Of a stretch of DNA of 64,000 nucleotides, positions 30,113-40,545 are shown in pieces. Made by a program: the position numbers and the translations under genes. The notes under the pieces were generated by a model, which was not told where the DNA came from, made no database searches, and saw only the letters and a list, made by a program, of their open reading frames with translations. The stretch comes from Verrucomicrobiota bacterium (GTDB lineage: Bacteria > Verrucomicrobiota > Verrucomicrobiia > Limisphaerales > AAA164-E04). Where the stretch lies: assembly GCA_047947115.1 (NCBI GenBank), contig CP170459.1:480001-544000 (forward strand), written 5' to 3'. Every line of letters starts with the position of its first letter. The first letter of the stretch is position 1.

Positions 30113-32608
30113 ATGATCTCAGCATTCATGAATGCCAGAGCTGTATCCTTTTTTTTCTTGGTGCTGATCGGTCTTTGGATGGTTCAACTCAGGAGCCTCA
30201 CTGCCGAAGTCCCCACACAACCTTTCGTGGAGCAAATCCGCCGACTGCAGGAAACGATGCAATTCCTGGGCATACCACTGGATACCGTCACAAATACCCG
30301 ACTTGACGATGCTTTAAGCACCGGTGATGTGGAGGGGATCACTCAATCATTGGATGATCACACTCTGTTTGAAATCGACATCAACCCGGAGTCGCGCGTC
30401 AAAGTCCGCAAAGGCAGCGCCATTCCCAAACTGAATCAGGGAGGCTACACTCCGTTTCTCGTCAAGATCGTCAATCAGGGAACGGTCACCGCACGCCTCA
30501 ATGCCACCTCTCCTCAGGCCGGGCAGGTTTATGGAGGCATGACACCACTCTCGGCGCGTCGCATGCAGCGTGAATCACACGACGAACTCAGCGACCCCGT
30601 TGGCAATCCACGGCGATTCCTCGACCTCAGTTTTTACGAACTTCCTCCCCTTACTACCCATCTGAGTGGATTGGAACTGGAATACAAACTCCTCTGGATT
30701 TACGCCTCGGTTTCAGGAAAGGTGGAAGCCACCATCGAATTCGATGTCGGTCAAGGCACACAGGATATTGGTTTCAGAAGCCGGGTCCCCGTACTGTTCA
30801 ACATCGAGCCCGCAACGCAAGTAACACTCGACATTCGCGATCATGACGGCAAACCCAACACCGCCCGACTGGTTTTTCGGGACGAAGCGGGACACGTCTT
30901 CCCCCCACAAGCGAAACGCCTGGCCCCGGATTTCTATTTTCAGGAACAAATCTACCGTCACTCCGGCCAAAGCATTCTTTTGCCCCCAGGCCGCTTCACT
31001 CTGGAAAGCTCCAGAGGCCCTGAATACCATCCAGTCCACCAGGATTTGGTGATCCCGGAAACACCACAACACACATTGGAAATTCGGCTCAAACGCTGGG
31101 TGAACCCTGCCGATTACGGTTTTTACAGCGGCGATCATCACATCCACGGAGCTGGTTGCGCCCACTACCAATCACCGACCTTGGGCGTCAGTCCCGAAGA
31201 TATGTTCCTTCAAGTCAAAGGCGAAGGCCTGAACGTAGGTTGCGTACTCACCTGGGGACCCTGCTTTGAATTTCAACGCGGTTTCTTTTCTCCCGATCCT
31301 CATCAACTCAGCGATCCGATGACCCTCCTGAAATACGACCTGGAAATCAGCGGATTCGGTTCCCAATCCATGGGGCATGTTTGTCTGCTCAACCTGAAAG
31401 ACCAAACGTACCCGGGGTCCGCCGGCACCAAAGAACAAGGCTGGCCCACCTGGACCACTCCAGTGATGCGTTGGGCGAGGGATCAGGGGGGAGTTACGGG
31501 TTATGCCCACTCCGCCAGCGGCCTGCAGGTCGATCCGGATGCCGCCTCGGCACGGTTGCTCAAGCAATTGGACACCAACCAGGACCAGCTGTTGACCCGA
31601 CCCGAAGCAGAAGCCGGACTGCTTCCGCTGTCATTTGACAACTTGGACGAAGACCGGGACCACACCCTGAGCCAAAGCGAATTGAGGCACATCATGAACC
31701 AGCAGGCCGATCAGCTGCCCAACTGGGTCATTCCTGAGATGAACAGTGTGGGCGCCATGGAGATTTGTGTGAGCACAGCGTTGGGAGCATGCGATTTTAT
31801 CAGCGCGATGGACACGGCGCGCATCCCGGAATGGAACATGTGGTATCACCTGCTGAACTGCGGATTTCCTCTCAAAGTCAGCGGGGAAACAGATTTCCCA
31901 TGCATGAGCGGCAGCCGCGTCGGTCAGGGACGGGTCTACGTGCATTTGGGAAAAGTGGATCGACTCGATTTTGGAGCCTGGTGCGCTGGTCTGAAACGAG
32001 GTCGGTCCTATGTTTCGGATGGATTTGCTCATGCGCTCCATTTTGCTGTTGAGGGAATTAAATCTGGGTATGGCGACGTCGAATTGGATGAACCGGGCGA
32101 TGTGAAGATGACGGCCACTGTCACATTTGCACCAACAACACCATCAACTGTCGCTCAAGGACTGATAACCCCACCTGGTGGAAAGCGGTTTACAGGTGAC
32201 ACGGTGACATTTCACGGACCACCGCCCGGGACGCATGCAACGGGAGGCTCTCGCAAAGTGGAGTTGGTCGTCAACGGAGTGGTCGCGCATACGTGGACCC
32301 TTCCGGCTGACGGTCGAAAACATCATCTTGAACATCAGGTCCGCATTGATCGCAGCAGTTGGGTGGCCCTTAGGCACTTCCCTCAGCTGCACACCAATCC
32401 GGTCAATGTCACCGTGAATCAACAACCCATTCGTATTTCGAGAGAAAGCGCACTTTGGTGCGCGGAGACCATCCACCAACTTTGGAGGAGCCGCGGTCAT
32501 ACGATTCACCCGGAGGAACAGGAAGCAGCAAGAAAAGGTTTCGACCGGGCATTGGAAATCTATGAAGAAATTGCATCTCAATCCCCATCCCTTCGAAGTA
32601 AAAAATGA
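30113..32608 (+). CDS. CehA/McbA-like (PHP-type) metallohydrolase with EF-hand insert
   Basis: YSGDHHIH, GYAHS, SGETDF, GRVY motifs; DTNQDQLLTRPE and DEDRDHTLSQSE loops; N-terminal signal. Confidence 0.65.
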   Translation: MISAFMNARAVSFFFLVLIGLWMVQLRSLTAEVPTQPFVEQIRRLQETMQFLGIPLDTVTNTRLDDALSTGDVEGITQSLDDHTLFEIDINPESRVKVRKGSAIPKLNQGGYTPFLVKIVNQGTVTARLNATSPQAGQVYGGMTPLSARRMQRESHDELSDPVGNPRRFLDLSFYELPPLTTHLSGLELEYKLLWIYASVSGKVEATIEFDVGQGTQDIGFRSRVPVLFNIEPATQVTLDIRDHDGKPNTARLVFRDEAGHVFPPQAKRLAPDFYFQEQIYRHSGQSILLPPGRFTLESSRGPEYHPVHQDLVIPETPQHTLEIRLKRWVNPADYGFYSGDHHIHGAGCAHYQSPTLGVSPEDMFLQVKGEGLNVGCVLTWGPCFEFQRGFFSPDPHQLSDPMTLLKYDLEISGFGSQSMGHVCLLNLKDQTYPGSAGTKEQGWPTWTTPVMRWARDQGGVTGYAHSASGLQVDPDAASARLLKQLDTNQDQLLTRPEAEAGLLPLSFDNLDEDRDHTLSQSELRHIMNQQADQLPNWVIPEMNSVGAMEICVSTALGACDFISAMDTARIPEWNMWYHLLNCGFPLKVSGETDFPCMSGSRVGQGRVYVHLGKVDRLDFGAWCAGLKRGRSYVSDGFAHALHFAVEGIKSGYGDVELDEPGDVKMTATVTFAPTTPSTVAQGLITPPGGKRFTGDTVTFHGPPPGTHATGGSRKVELVVNGVVAHTWTLPADGRKHHLEHQVRIDRSSWVALRHFPQLHTNPVNVTVNQQPIRISRESALWCAETIHQLWRSRGHTIHPEEQEAARKGFDRALEIYEEIASQSPSLRSKK

Positions 32609-32818
32609 TCATTCAACGGTCCGTTTATAAACGGCCCTGAAACAGCTTTCCGGCCTTTGTTTGAAGGGGTTTCACCAAGATTTCGATTGACAGTTAGAGT
32701 CCTCCAAGGTCTTATTCCGCCTCTACCTTTATCAAAAGGCACGGTATTGTCGTGGACTGATGCCGTGCTTGAATGGGTGGATTTGACGGGGCAACCCTGA
32801 AACGATTGACTGGATTTT

Positions 32819-33943
32819 ATGAGTAAAAAGAAAATCAACATTGCGATCATTGGTTTGGGATTTGGAGCCGAATTCATTCCTATCTATCAGAACCACCCGA
32901 ACGCCAACATGTACGCCATCTGTCAGCGCAACAAAAAGAAGTTGAATGCAATTGGCGATGCATTTGGCATCGAGAAACGATACCAAAAGTATGAGGATGT
33001 CCTGAACGATCCCGACGTGGATGCCGTACACATCAACACCCCCATACCTGACCACGCAGCCCAGTCCATCGCAGCATTGAAAGCCGGCAAACACGTGGCC
33101 TGCACCGTCCCCATGGCAACGTCCATTGAAGATTGCAAAAAAATCGTCGATCTCTGCAAAAAAACAGGTCTCAAATACATGATGATGGAGACCGTGGTGT
33201 ACGCCCGCGAATTCCTTTTCGTCAAAGAACTCTACGAAAAAGGCAAGCTCGGCAAAATCCAGTTCCTGCAGGCCAGCCACCAGCAGGACATGGATGGATG
33301 GCCCAACTACTGGCCCGGACTGCCTCCCATGCACTACGCCACCCACTGCGTTGGCCCCTGCATGGCGCTGACCAATGATTCCGCCGAGTATGTTTCCTGT
33401 TTCGGTTCCGGGACGATCCGTGAGGATTTGATCAAGCACTACAATTCCCCATTTGCGGTCGAAACCACTCATATCAAATTCAAGGATTCCGACCTCACCG
33501 CACGCATTTACCGCAGCTTGTTCGACACCGCTCGTCAGTATCGCGAAAGCTTCGATGTTTACGGTGACAAACAAGCCTTTGAATGGCCGTTGATCGAGGG
33601 AGAAGATCCTGTTCTGCACACAGCCAAGAAGCCCGAGCCCAAGATTCCAAAACGGGTAAAAGTCAAAGATTACGCATCGCGCCTGCCAAAAGGCATTCGC
33701 CAATTCACCACCAAAGGTGTTTACGACCTCGGCAAGAAGACACACTTGAGCTTCACCCAAGGCGCTGGCCACGGTGGATCGCACCCTCACCTGGCGCACG
33801 AATTCGTCAGCGCCCTGATCGAAGACCGCGATCCGTTCCCAAATGCCAAGCAATCCGCCAACTGGACATGTGTCGGCATCTGCTCGCACGAATCAGCTCT
33901 GAAGGGCGGCAAGATTGTGAAACTGCCCGCCTTTACACATTAA
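32819..33943 (+). CDS. Gfo/Idh/MocA family oxidoreductase
   Basis: IAIIGLGFG, DVDAVHINTP, AGKHVACTVPMA. Confidence 0.85.
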   Translation: MSKKKINIAIIGLGFGAEFIPIYQNHPNANMYAICQRNKKKLNAIGDAFGIEKRYQKYEDVLNDPDVDAVHINTPIPDHAAQSIAALKAGKHVACTVPMATSIEDCKKIVDLCKKTGLKYMMMETVVYAREFLFVKELYEKGKLGKIQFLQASHQQDMDGWPNYWPGLPPMHYATHCVGPCMALTNDSAEYVSCFGSGTIREDLIKHYNSPFAVETTHIKFKDSDLTARIYRSLFDTARQYRESFDVYGDKQAFEWPLIEGEDPVLHTAKKPEPKIPKRVKVKDYASRLPKGIRQFTTKGVYDLGKKTHLSFTQGAGHGGSHPHLAHEFVSALIEDRDPFPNAKQSANWTCVGICSHESALKGGKIVKLPAFTH

Positions 33944-33995
33944 GGATCCATTTCCGAAATAACATTCGTTTCTAAACAACCCAAACAACTGATTT

Positions 33996-35642
33996 ATGAA
34001 CATTAAACAAGATGGAATCGCGCCCAATTCAGCGCGTTTGTTATGGGCCGGATTTATGGCGATTCTCGCCGCCGGCATTGGTTTCGGTATCCGTGGTGGC
34101 ATTTTGGCCAACTGGGGTGCCGAGTTCGGTTTCAATGCCGGACAGCTTGGAGCAATCAACGGAGCCGGATTTACCGGTTTCTGCTTTGGTATCATTATCG
34201 GTGGTGTCATCGTGGATAAAATCGGTTACGGAAAACTCGTTTTCGCAGCCTTTGCATTCCATGCACTATCCGCATTTGTGACCTTTGCCGCATCGTCGGG
34301 TCAGGATACGCAGACGGCTTACAACTTCCTGTATTGGGGGACGTTTATATTCGCGATTGCAAACGGAACGCTGGAAGCAGTCGCCAACCCGCTTGTAGCC
34401 ACGCTGTTTCCCAAGAACAGAACCCATTACCTCAACATCCTCCATGCATCATGGCCGGCTGGTTTGGTGATCGGCGGACTGATTGGCTGGACCATGGGCG
34501 AATCCTTCCACTGGAAGGTTCAGCTAGCCTTGTTCCTCGTGCCGACTGCCATCTATGGTTTGATGTTCCTTGGCCAACACATGCCCAAGTCTGAAGCCTC
34601 TCAGAAAGGTCTCAGCTTTGGTGACATGTTCAAGGATGTCGGCATCCTTGGAAGTATCGTTGTCTGCTTCCTTCTCTACCTGTTCTTCAGCAATGCACTC
34701 GGATTGAGCCCCATGATATCCGGCGGTATCGCCGTCGTGTTGTTCTTCATTGCCAACACAACTACGAAATTCTCCATCGGCGCTTGGCTTATCTTCGTAT
34801 TGTTCATCACGCATGCATTGGTTGGAGCGGTTGAGCTTGGAACCGATGGCTGGATTCAAAACATCACGGGTAACATTTTGACACCTGCTGAAGGTAAGAT
34901 CCTGTTTGTCTTCACTTCCTTCGTTATGTTTGCCTTGCGTTTCTGCGCAGACTTCATCGAGAAGAAATTGAAATTGTCTCCAATTGGCATCCTCCTGGTC
35001 TGCTCGATCCTGGGTGTGATTGGTTTGAACATGGTCAGCGGTATCACCACCTTCTCTGGCGCCATGCTGGCTCTCCTGGTTTATGCGTTGGGTAAAACCT
35101 TTTTCTGGCCAACCATGCTGGCTGTGATCGGTGACCGATTCCCCAAAACAGGTGCTGTTGCCATGAGTATCATGGGCGGTATCGGTATGATGAGCGCAGG
35201 TCTCCTTGGTTCTGCAGGTCTCGGCTACGCCAAGGACCGTTTCTCTGGGGAAGCTCTCGAAACTGCTGACGCAGCCGTTTATCAGGAATACAAATCACAA
35301 ACTTCAAGTAAGTTCCTGATGTTTAAGGAAGTGAACGGTCTTGACGGAGCCAAGCTGGGTGAAGTGCAAGGAAAGCTTGCGGAGGCACGCACCGAACTGG
35401 CTGAAGCAGGAAATGCAGATCCTGCCGCTGCTCTTGAAAAACTGAGCGAAACGGAACGTAAGGTTCACTCCTCTTCCATCGCTGGTGACCGTAAAACGCT
35501 GGTGGCGGACGCAGCTATCCCGGCAACCATGGCCGTTATTTATCTGCTCTTGCTGCTCTACTTCAAGGCAATCGGCGGCTACAAACCGGTCCACATCGCC
35601 TCAGAGTTAACCGGGGGCACGGAAGGCCCTATGGAAGCTTAA
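33996..35642 (+). CDS. MFS transporter
   Basis: About 12 hydrophobic helices; [11 protein letters not shown] motif [23 protein letters not shown]. Confidence 0.85.
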   Translation: MNIKQDGIAPNSARLLWAGFMAILAAGIGFGIRGGILANWGAEFGFNAGQLGAINGAGFTGFCFGIIIGGVIVDKIGYGKLVFAAFAFHALSAFVTFAASSGQDTQTAYNFLYWGTFIFAIANGTLEAVANPLVATLFPKNRTHYLNILHASWPAGLVIGGLIGWTMGESFHWKVQLALFLVPTAIYGLMFLGQHMPKSEASQKGLSFGDMFKDVGILGSIVVCFLLYLFFSNALGLSPMISGGIAVVLFFIANTTTKFSIGAWLIFVLFITHALVGAVELGTDGWIQNITGNILTPAEGKILFVFTSFVMFALRFCADFIEKKLKLSPIGILLVCSILGVIGLNMVSGITTFSGAMLALLVYALGKTFFWPTMLAVIGDRFPKTGAVAMSIMGGIGMMSAGLLGSAGLGYAKDRFSGEALETADAAVYQEYKSQTSSKFLMFKEVNGLDGAKLGEVQGKLAEARTELAEAGNADPAAALEKLSETERKVHSSSIAGDRKTLVADAAIPATMAVIYLLLLLYFKAIGGYKPVHIASELTGGTEGPMEA

Positions 35643-35664
35643 AGCTCAGGCTTTTTAACACATC

Positions 35665-35696
35665 AAAAAAGGCGGTCTTCGGACCGCCTTTTTTTT
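35665..35696. terminator. Bidirectional rho-independent terminator
   Basis: A6-GGCGGTC-TTCG-GACCGCC-T8 between convergent genes. Confidence 0.9.
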
Positions 35697-35718
35697 GTTT
35701 ATTTTGGATGAATGAATC

Positions 35719-37404
35719 TCACTTTTCCAGCACCCAACGGCTGACGCAACCGTCATTGGCCTGGGTCACGGTATGCGCGAAATCTGCCAGATAACCACGT
35801 ATATGACTTTTTTGAACTGGTTTGAGAGAGGCTCGACGTTTCGTCAACTCCTCGTCCGAAACGTCCATGTGAATACGGCCCTCCAACAAATCAAATTCTA
35901 TCGTATCCCCATCCTGAACCAATCCGATCGGACCACCCACAGCAGCTTCCGGTGAACAATGCACGCCGATGGCCCCGTGTGACACTCCGGATACACGTGT
36001 GTCCGAGACGAGGGCGACCTTTCCATCCAGCTCCGGAACGGACAACGCGGATGTCGCCACCAACACTTCCGGCATGCCACTGGCGACCGGTCCGAGGCTT
36101 CTGAGAACCACAACGGTTCCGGGCTTCATACGTTTTTCCTTTACGGCCGTGATGATGTCGCGCGGATCTTCAAAGCACATCGCCGTCCCCCGGAATGTGG
36201 GAGATTGCATGCTGGACACCTTGAACACCATGCCGTCCGGCGCAAGGTTGCCAAAGCAGATCTGCATGTCAGCATAAGGTTTGAATGGAGCATCCAGGGA
36301 TGCGATCAAATCCTGCTCTTCGGGAATGGCCGCTTCATTGGCCAAGTTTTCTGCCAATGTTTTGCCGGTCACGGTCATGGGTGAACCATCCAGAATACCG
36401 GCATCTAAAAGATACTTGAGCAACATTGGCGTGCCCCCAAGTCGGTGCAGATCCACCATGGTGCGCTTGCCACGTGGCGCAAAACTGCAGAGAACAGGCG
36501 TTTTGCGTAGAATGGCTTGGATATCCTTCAAAGTAAACGCCACATCTGCTTCACGCGCCAAAGCAATCAGGTGAATCATACCATTGGTCGAACCACCAAT
36601 CGCCGCAATCGTGGCGGCCGCGTTTTCAAAAGCCGTTCGTGTCAGGATATCTCTTGGTCGAATGTTCTTTTCCAATAGATTCCGCACCAAACTTCCCACC
36701 TCCAGGCATTCCTGTTTTTTTGCAGGATCAATCGCCGGAATGGATGAACTGTAAGGCGGCATCAAACCGATAGCTTCCATGGCGATGCCCCAGGTGTTGA
36801 ACGAAGCAGCAATCCCACACCCCCCCGGCCCGGGGCACGCTGCGCGAATGATTTCATCGGCCTCTGATTCAGGGATCTCTCCCACATCGGCCGCCGCCTG
36901 AGCATCGTAGGAGTCAAGAATGGTCACGTCACGACCTTTGTAACAACCCGGCATGATACTACCGCCACTGAGCAAAAGGCCGGGATAATTCATGCGAGCC
37001 AAAGCCATGGCAAACCCTGGTCCATTTTTATCGCAGTGATGCGTGCCGATCATCGCATCATAACAATGAGCGCTGACGACGCATTCGGAAGCGTTGGCAA
37101 TCAAATTACGCGATGGTAAGGATGCATTCCCACCTTCCATCCCTTGCGTGATGTTGTCACTGACTCCGGGGACCCCGTAAGGGAATCCCAGCAAGCCTGC
37201 GTTGCGACACCCTTCCGCAATGGCTTGAGCCAATTCGTGAGCGTGCACATTGCAAAGATTACCTTCAAGCAACGGGACACCAATCCCGACTTGGGGCTTG
37301 TCCAGGTCCGCTTCCTCGAACCCAAGCCCCCAGTAAAATGAAGTCACGCCTTTCTGCCAACCGCGTGTGAGTTGTTTGCTGTTCCAATTGAGTGGCTGCG
37401 TCAT
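35719..37404 (-). CDS. IlvD/Edd family dehydratase (divergent)
   Basis: DKPQVGI, CNVH, CDKN, ACPGPGGC, GGSTN, GNLAPDG, GMPE, HCSPEAAVGGPI. Confidence 0.85.
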   Translation of the reverse strand: MTQPLNWNSKQLTRGWQKGVTSFYWGLGFEEADLDKPQVGIGVPLLEGNLCNVHAHELAQAIAEGCRNAGLLGFPYGVPGVSDNITQGMEGGNASLPSRNLIANASECVVSAHCYDAMIGTHHCDKNGPGFAMALARMNYPGLLLSGGSIMPGCYKGRDVTILDSYDAQAAADVGEIPESEADEIIRAACPGPGGCGIAASFNTWGIAMEAIGLMPPYSSSIPAIDPAKKQECLEVGSLVRNLLEKNIRPRDILTRTAFENAAATIAAIGGSTNGMIHLIALAREADVAFTLKDIQAILRKTPVLCSFAPRGKRTMVDLHRLGGTPMLLKYLLDAGILDGSPMTVTGKTLAENLANEAAIPEEQDLIASLDAPFKPYADMQICFGNLAPDGMVFKVSSMQSPTFRGTAMCFEDPRDIITAVKEKRMKPGTVVVLRSLGPVASGMPEVLVATSALSVPELDGKVALVSDTRVSGVSHGAIGVHCSPEAAVGGPIGLVQDGDTIEFDLLEGRIHMDVSDEELTKRRASLKPVQKSHIRGYLADFAHTVTQANDGCVSRWVLEK

Positions 37405-37418
37405 GGTGTGTTTATCTC

Positions 37419-37531
37419 ACGCGGAGACGCAGGGGCGCAAAGGTTTTTTGTGGGGGGAGAACCACCAACGGAGGTCTGGGTAATCGGTCGGATCAGTCCT
37501 ATCAGACGGATCGAACCGATCGCCACCAACG
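37419..37531. repeat. Short periodic intergenic repeats (8-bp x3 and 9-bp x4+)
   Basis: ACGCGGAG ACGCAGGG GCGCAAAG (37419-37442); ATCGGTCGG ATCAGTCCT ATCAGACGG ATCGAACCG ATC (37483-37521) bracketed by CCACCAACG direct repeats. Confidence 0.6.
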
Positions 37532-37538
37532 ACCCGGG

Positions 37539-38669
37539 CTAAAGCTCGACGATCTTGCCCCCATGACGCGCAGACTCGAGGCAAGCGTCCATCACCTGCT
37601 GGGTTTTCAGAGCAATCTCGGGCCAATGCGGATCGATTTTGCCCGTGTTCACGCAGTCAGCAAAGGTGCGGAACAAGCGGGTTTCCTGAGCGGAAGGGTG
37701 GTTGTTGGAATACTCCACCACCGCGTGCCGTTGTGTGTGACGTTCCATATTGAACTGGGAACCATTGATGGCGAAATGCGCATTCGTCACATCAAAAGCC
37801 ACTTCGGCATCAAAATAGGGCAACACAAAATCATCCAGAGTCAATTGGCCTTTGTTACCGCTAACGCTGATCAACTGTTGGTTTTCGGTAAGGAACGAAT
37901 TGTAGAAACCCGCCGAAACGCCCCCTTCAAAGAACAATTCACCGGAAAATTCGACCGGCACCTGACCATCACTGCCATCCCCAGCAGCGCCGGTCAGGAT
38001 ACGTCCCGTAACACTTTTAGGCATGACGTACTGCATGGTCCAAAGACTGAAACGGATGGTGTACCACCCAAGATCCCCCAAACAGCCCGCTGGTTCCAAC
38101 CCGCTATGCATACGAATATTTCCCTTTAGAAAATCATCCGGCGCACAAAAACTGAACAATGCCGTGATGCGTTTGATGTCTCCCACGCTTTTCCCATCGT
38201 TGAGAACCTCGCGGATGGCCGGCAAGCGCTTGCTATGCATAAACATCACGCCATCCATGAACTGCACATTGTTGTCATGGCAAGCCTGAATCATCTCCTC
38301 CACATCGGAGGCATGAATGCCACAAGGTTTCTCGCACATCACGTGCTTGCCAGCCTGAGCTGCCCGAATCACCCATTCTTTTCGCAAGCCAGTGGGTAGC
38401 GGGACATATACAGCATCGATATCCGGATCCGCCAATAAAGCTTCATATCCTTCCACCGCAGCGGGAGCCGGATCAAAGGGACTCTCCAACTGACATGCAT
38501 CAATGAACTGTTGAGCTTTGGCCTTATCACGACTGGCCACCGCAGCGATCCTGCCATTTCCGGAATGGAATATGGCCTGATAGTTCTTACGCGCAATGGA
38601 AGCGGCGCTCAAAAACCCCCAACGACAAACAGATTTACTCATACCCAAACTATTACCGGACATCGTCAC
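37539..38669 (-). CDS. Gfo/Idh/MocA family oxidoreductase
   Basis: RWGFLSAASIA, DIDAVYVPLPT, GKHVMCEKP, GCLGDLGWY. Confidence 0.88.
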   Translation of the reverse strand: MTMSGNSLGMSKSVCRWGFLSAASIARKNYQAIFHSGNGRIAAVASRDKAKAQQFIDACQLESPFDPAPAAVEGYEALLADPDIDAVYVPLPTGLRKEWVIRAAQAGKHVMCEKPCGIHASDVEEMIQACHDNNVQFMDGVMFMHSKRLPAIREVLNDGKSVGDIKRITALFSFCAPDDFLKGNIRMHSGLEPAGCLGDLGWYTIRFSLWTMQYVMPKSVTGRILTGAAGDGSDGQVPVEFSGELFFEGGVSAGFYNSFLTENQQLISVSGNKGQLTLDDFVLPYFDAEVAFDVTNAHFAINGSQFNMERHTQRHAVVEYSNNHPSAQETRLFRTFADCVNTGKIDPHWPEIALKTQQVMDACLESARHGGKIVEL

Positions 38670-38689
38670 GATATTTCAATGATCGAAAG

Positions 38690-38717
38690 TGTAACTTTGA
38701 CGTGAGGACCGTTGTCT
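38690..38717 (+). promoter_or_regulatory. Possible autoregulated ECF promoter
   Basis: TGTAAC-N17-TGTCT about 45 bp upstream of the ECF sigma gene. Confidence 0.3.
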
Positions 38718-38760
38718 GTTAATAGAAGAAGAACTGACAGAAGCGAAACCGAACGCTCCC

Positions 38761-39402
38761 ATGAGGAATATCGATCCGGAAACAAAAACGTTGATCGACG
38801 GTGTCATCGAGCAGAACGAAGAAGCTGCCCAGATGCTGGTCGAACGTTTGTATCCTCTGGTATTGAAAATTGCACGGAGCTATCGGCCGCGACGTATTCA
38901 GGAAGAAGATCTTACACAGATCATCTTCGCGGTCATCTTCACGAAAATCAGTAAGTACAGTGGAAAAGCCCCTCTGGAACACTGGGTTTCGCGAGTGGCG
39001 GTGAATACGTGTCTGAACCAGCTGAAAGCTGAGAAAATCCGTCCGGAACTACGACTTGCGGATCTGTCCGAAGAAGAATGCGCCGTCATCGAAACGCTGA
39101 ATCGCACCGATGAAACGGAGCATCCGGCAAGCGACATGGCGGCAAGGGAAGTTTTGGACAAGTTGCTGGACCGATTGAAACCGAAAGACCGCATGTTGGT
39201 GCAACTCATGTATGTCGAAGAAAAATCGGCCAGGGAAATCGGGGACTTGACGGGATGGAGTGAGCCCGTGATTAAAGTCAGGGCCTTCAGAGCCCGGAAA
39301 CGACTTCAAAAAATTTGGAAGGAAATGCAGTGGCAGGAAGATAATGAAGCCTACCGACCATCAATTGAATCGACTGTTAAAAGCGGCCTCGCGGGCGCCT
39401 GA
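38761..39402 (+). CDS. ECF RNA polymerase sigma factor
   Basis: EDLTQ, WVSRVAVNTCLNQL (region 2); SAREIGDLTGWSEPVIKVRAFRARKRL (region 4). Confidence 0.9.
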   Translation: MRNIDPETKTLIDGVIEQNEEAAQMLVERLYPLVLKIARSYRPRRIQEEDLTQIIFAVIFTKISKYSGKAPLEHWVSRVAVNTCLNQLKAEKIRPELRLADLSEEECAVIETLNRTDETEHPASDMAAREVLDKLLDRLKPKDRMLVQLMYVEEKSAREIGDLTGWSEPVIKVRAFRARKRLQKIWKEMQWQEDNEAYRPSIESTVKSGLAGA

Positions 39403-39637
39403 GCCCAATAGCCAGCGTCCTTCCCAGGACTGGGTCAAGTCCGTGCTGTCAGCTTGCCAGGCCAACCGCCAGCGACTGGATGAAGAGCTGAGTGAGACCG
39501 TCCTCAAGTGGTCGCTGACCGTAGCCTGTATAATTGTGGCAGCGACGATGGCTTGGCATCATTCGACGACTGATTCGCAATTGCCCGAGGTAGTCTCCGT
39601 CGCCAACTCAGGCATTGCCGCCAGTCTGGCGCCTTGA
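39344..39637 (+). CDS. Putative single-pass anti-sigma factor
   Basis: Overlaps the end of the ECF gene; one hydrophobic helix (WSLTVACIIVAATMAW). Confidence 0.55.
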   Translation: MKPTDHQLNRLLKAASRAPEPNSQRPSQDWVKSVLSACQANRQRLDEELSETVLKWSLTVACIIVAATMAWHHSTTDSQLPEVVSVANSGIAASLAP

Positions 39638-39646
39638 TCGGAATAA

Positions 39647-40054
39647 ATGAAACCCTTGCATTACAAAACCATCGGATATTTGTCGGCAATGTTCCTGGCT
39701 GGAATCGTCACAGGAAATGTCTGGACTTCCACCAAGGTCAGCACCAAGCAGGCAGAGTCCCCCTGTTATTCCGAGCTTTCAAGCATGCTCAAACAGAGGT
39801 TGTCTCAAGAGCTGGCTCTCACTCCTGATCAGCTTGAGAAAATCAGTCCCGAAATCTGTCGTGCCTGCTCGGAGTTAACCAACATCCATCACCAGACCAT
39901 CCTGGCAGGATGGGCCACTTTGAGCAATTGCTATCAAAATATCGAAGGTATCCTGACGACCGAGCAAAAGGCCAAACTCAATTCCTGCGAATCCAAACAT
40001 CGGAATCAGCTCCTGGTTCAACAGGAAATGATGCGTGCCAGAGATAATCAATAA
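39647..40054 (+). CDS. Spy/CpxP-like (LTxxQ) exported protein
   Basis: N-terminal hydrophobic helix; LALTPDQ and ILTTEQ motifs. Confidence 0.55.
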   Translation: MKPLHYKTIGYLSAMFLAGIVTGNVWTSTKVSTKQAESPCYSELSSMLKQRLSQELALTPDQLEKISPEICRACSELTNIHHQTILAGWATLSNCYQNIEGILTTEQKAKLNSCESKHRNQLLVQQEMMRARDNQ

Positions 40055-40063
40055 TCACACGAT

Positions 40064-40495
40064 ATGGTTCCGGATACAAATGTGGTCATTTATGATGGTG
40101 ATTGCCCTCTTTGCACCTTTCAAATGAAGTTGCTCACCTGGATGGATTGGCTGAACATCACCACTCTGCTACCCATCTCTGATCCAAAAGTGCAGGCCCT
40201 CGCCCCACAACTCAAGCGGGAGGACTTAATGGCAGCCATCCACTGCCTGGACAAACAGGGGAACATCCACCGGGGAGCCCGGTGTATTCGCTTCGTTTCA
40301 CTGCGCATGCCCCTGCTTGTTCCCTTGGCACTCATTTTATGGATTCCGGGTGTGATCTGGATTGCCGAAAAAGTGTACCAGTGGGTCAGCAACAATCGAT
40401 TGATCCTCAGCAAACTTTTCGGCTGCAAAGACGCCTGCTCCATCATGCCGCAACGCCAGCGTGATCAGGGAGATGTTTTTAAAAAATCTCAATAA
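40064..40495 (+). CDS. DCC1-like thiol-disulfide oxidoreductase (DUF393)
   Basis: IYDGDCPLC; YQWVSNNR. Confidence 0.85.
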   Translation: MVPDTNVVIYDGDCPLCTFQMKLLTWMDWLNITTLLPISDPKVQALAPQLKREDLMAAIHCLDKQGNIHRGARCIRFVSLRMPLLVPLALILWIPGVIWIAEKVYQWVSNNRLILSKLFGCKDACSIMPQRQRDQGDVFKKSQ

Positions 40496-40545
40496 AGAAT
40501 CGACGATTTCTGGCTGAGCAAGCCACAGCGACGAATTTTTTCCAA

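Noticed and set aside
32736..32756. AGGCACGGTATTGTCG as a sigma-54 site
   Set aside because: Lacks the GC at the -12 position
32732..33889. 385-aa minus-strand ORF
   Set aside because: Antisense shadow of the Gfo/Idh/MocA gene
37419..37531. CRISPR interpretation of the short repeats
   Set aside because: Units are 8-9 bp without spacers; no cas genes
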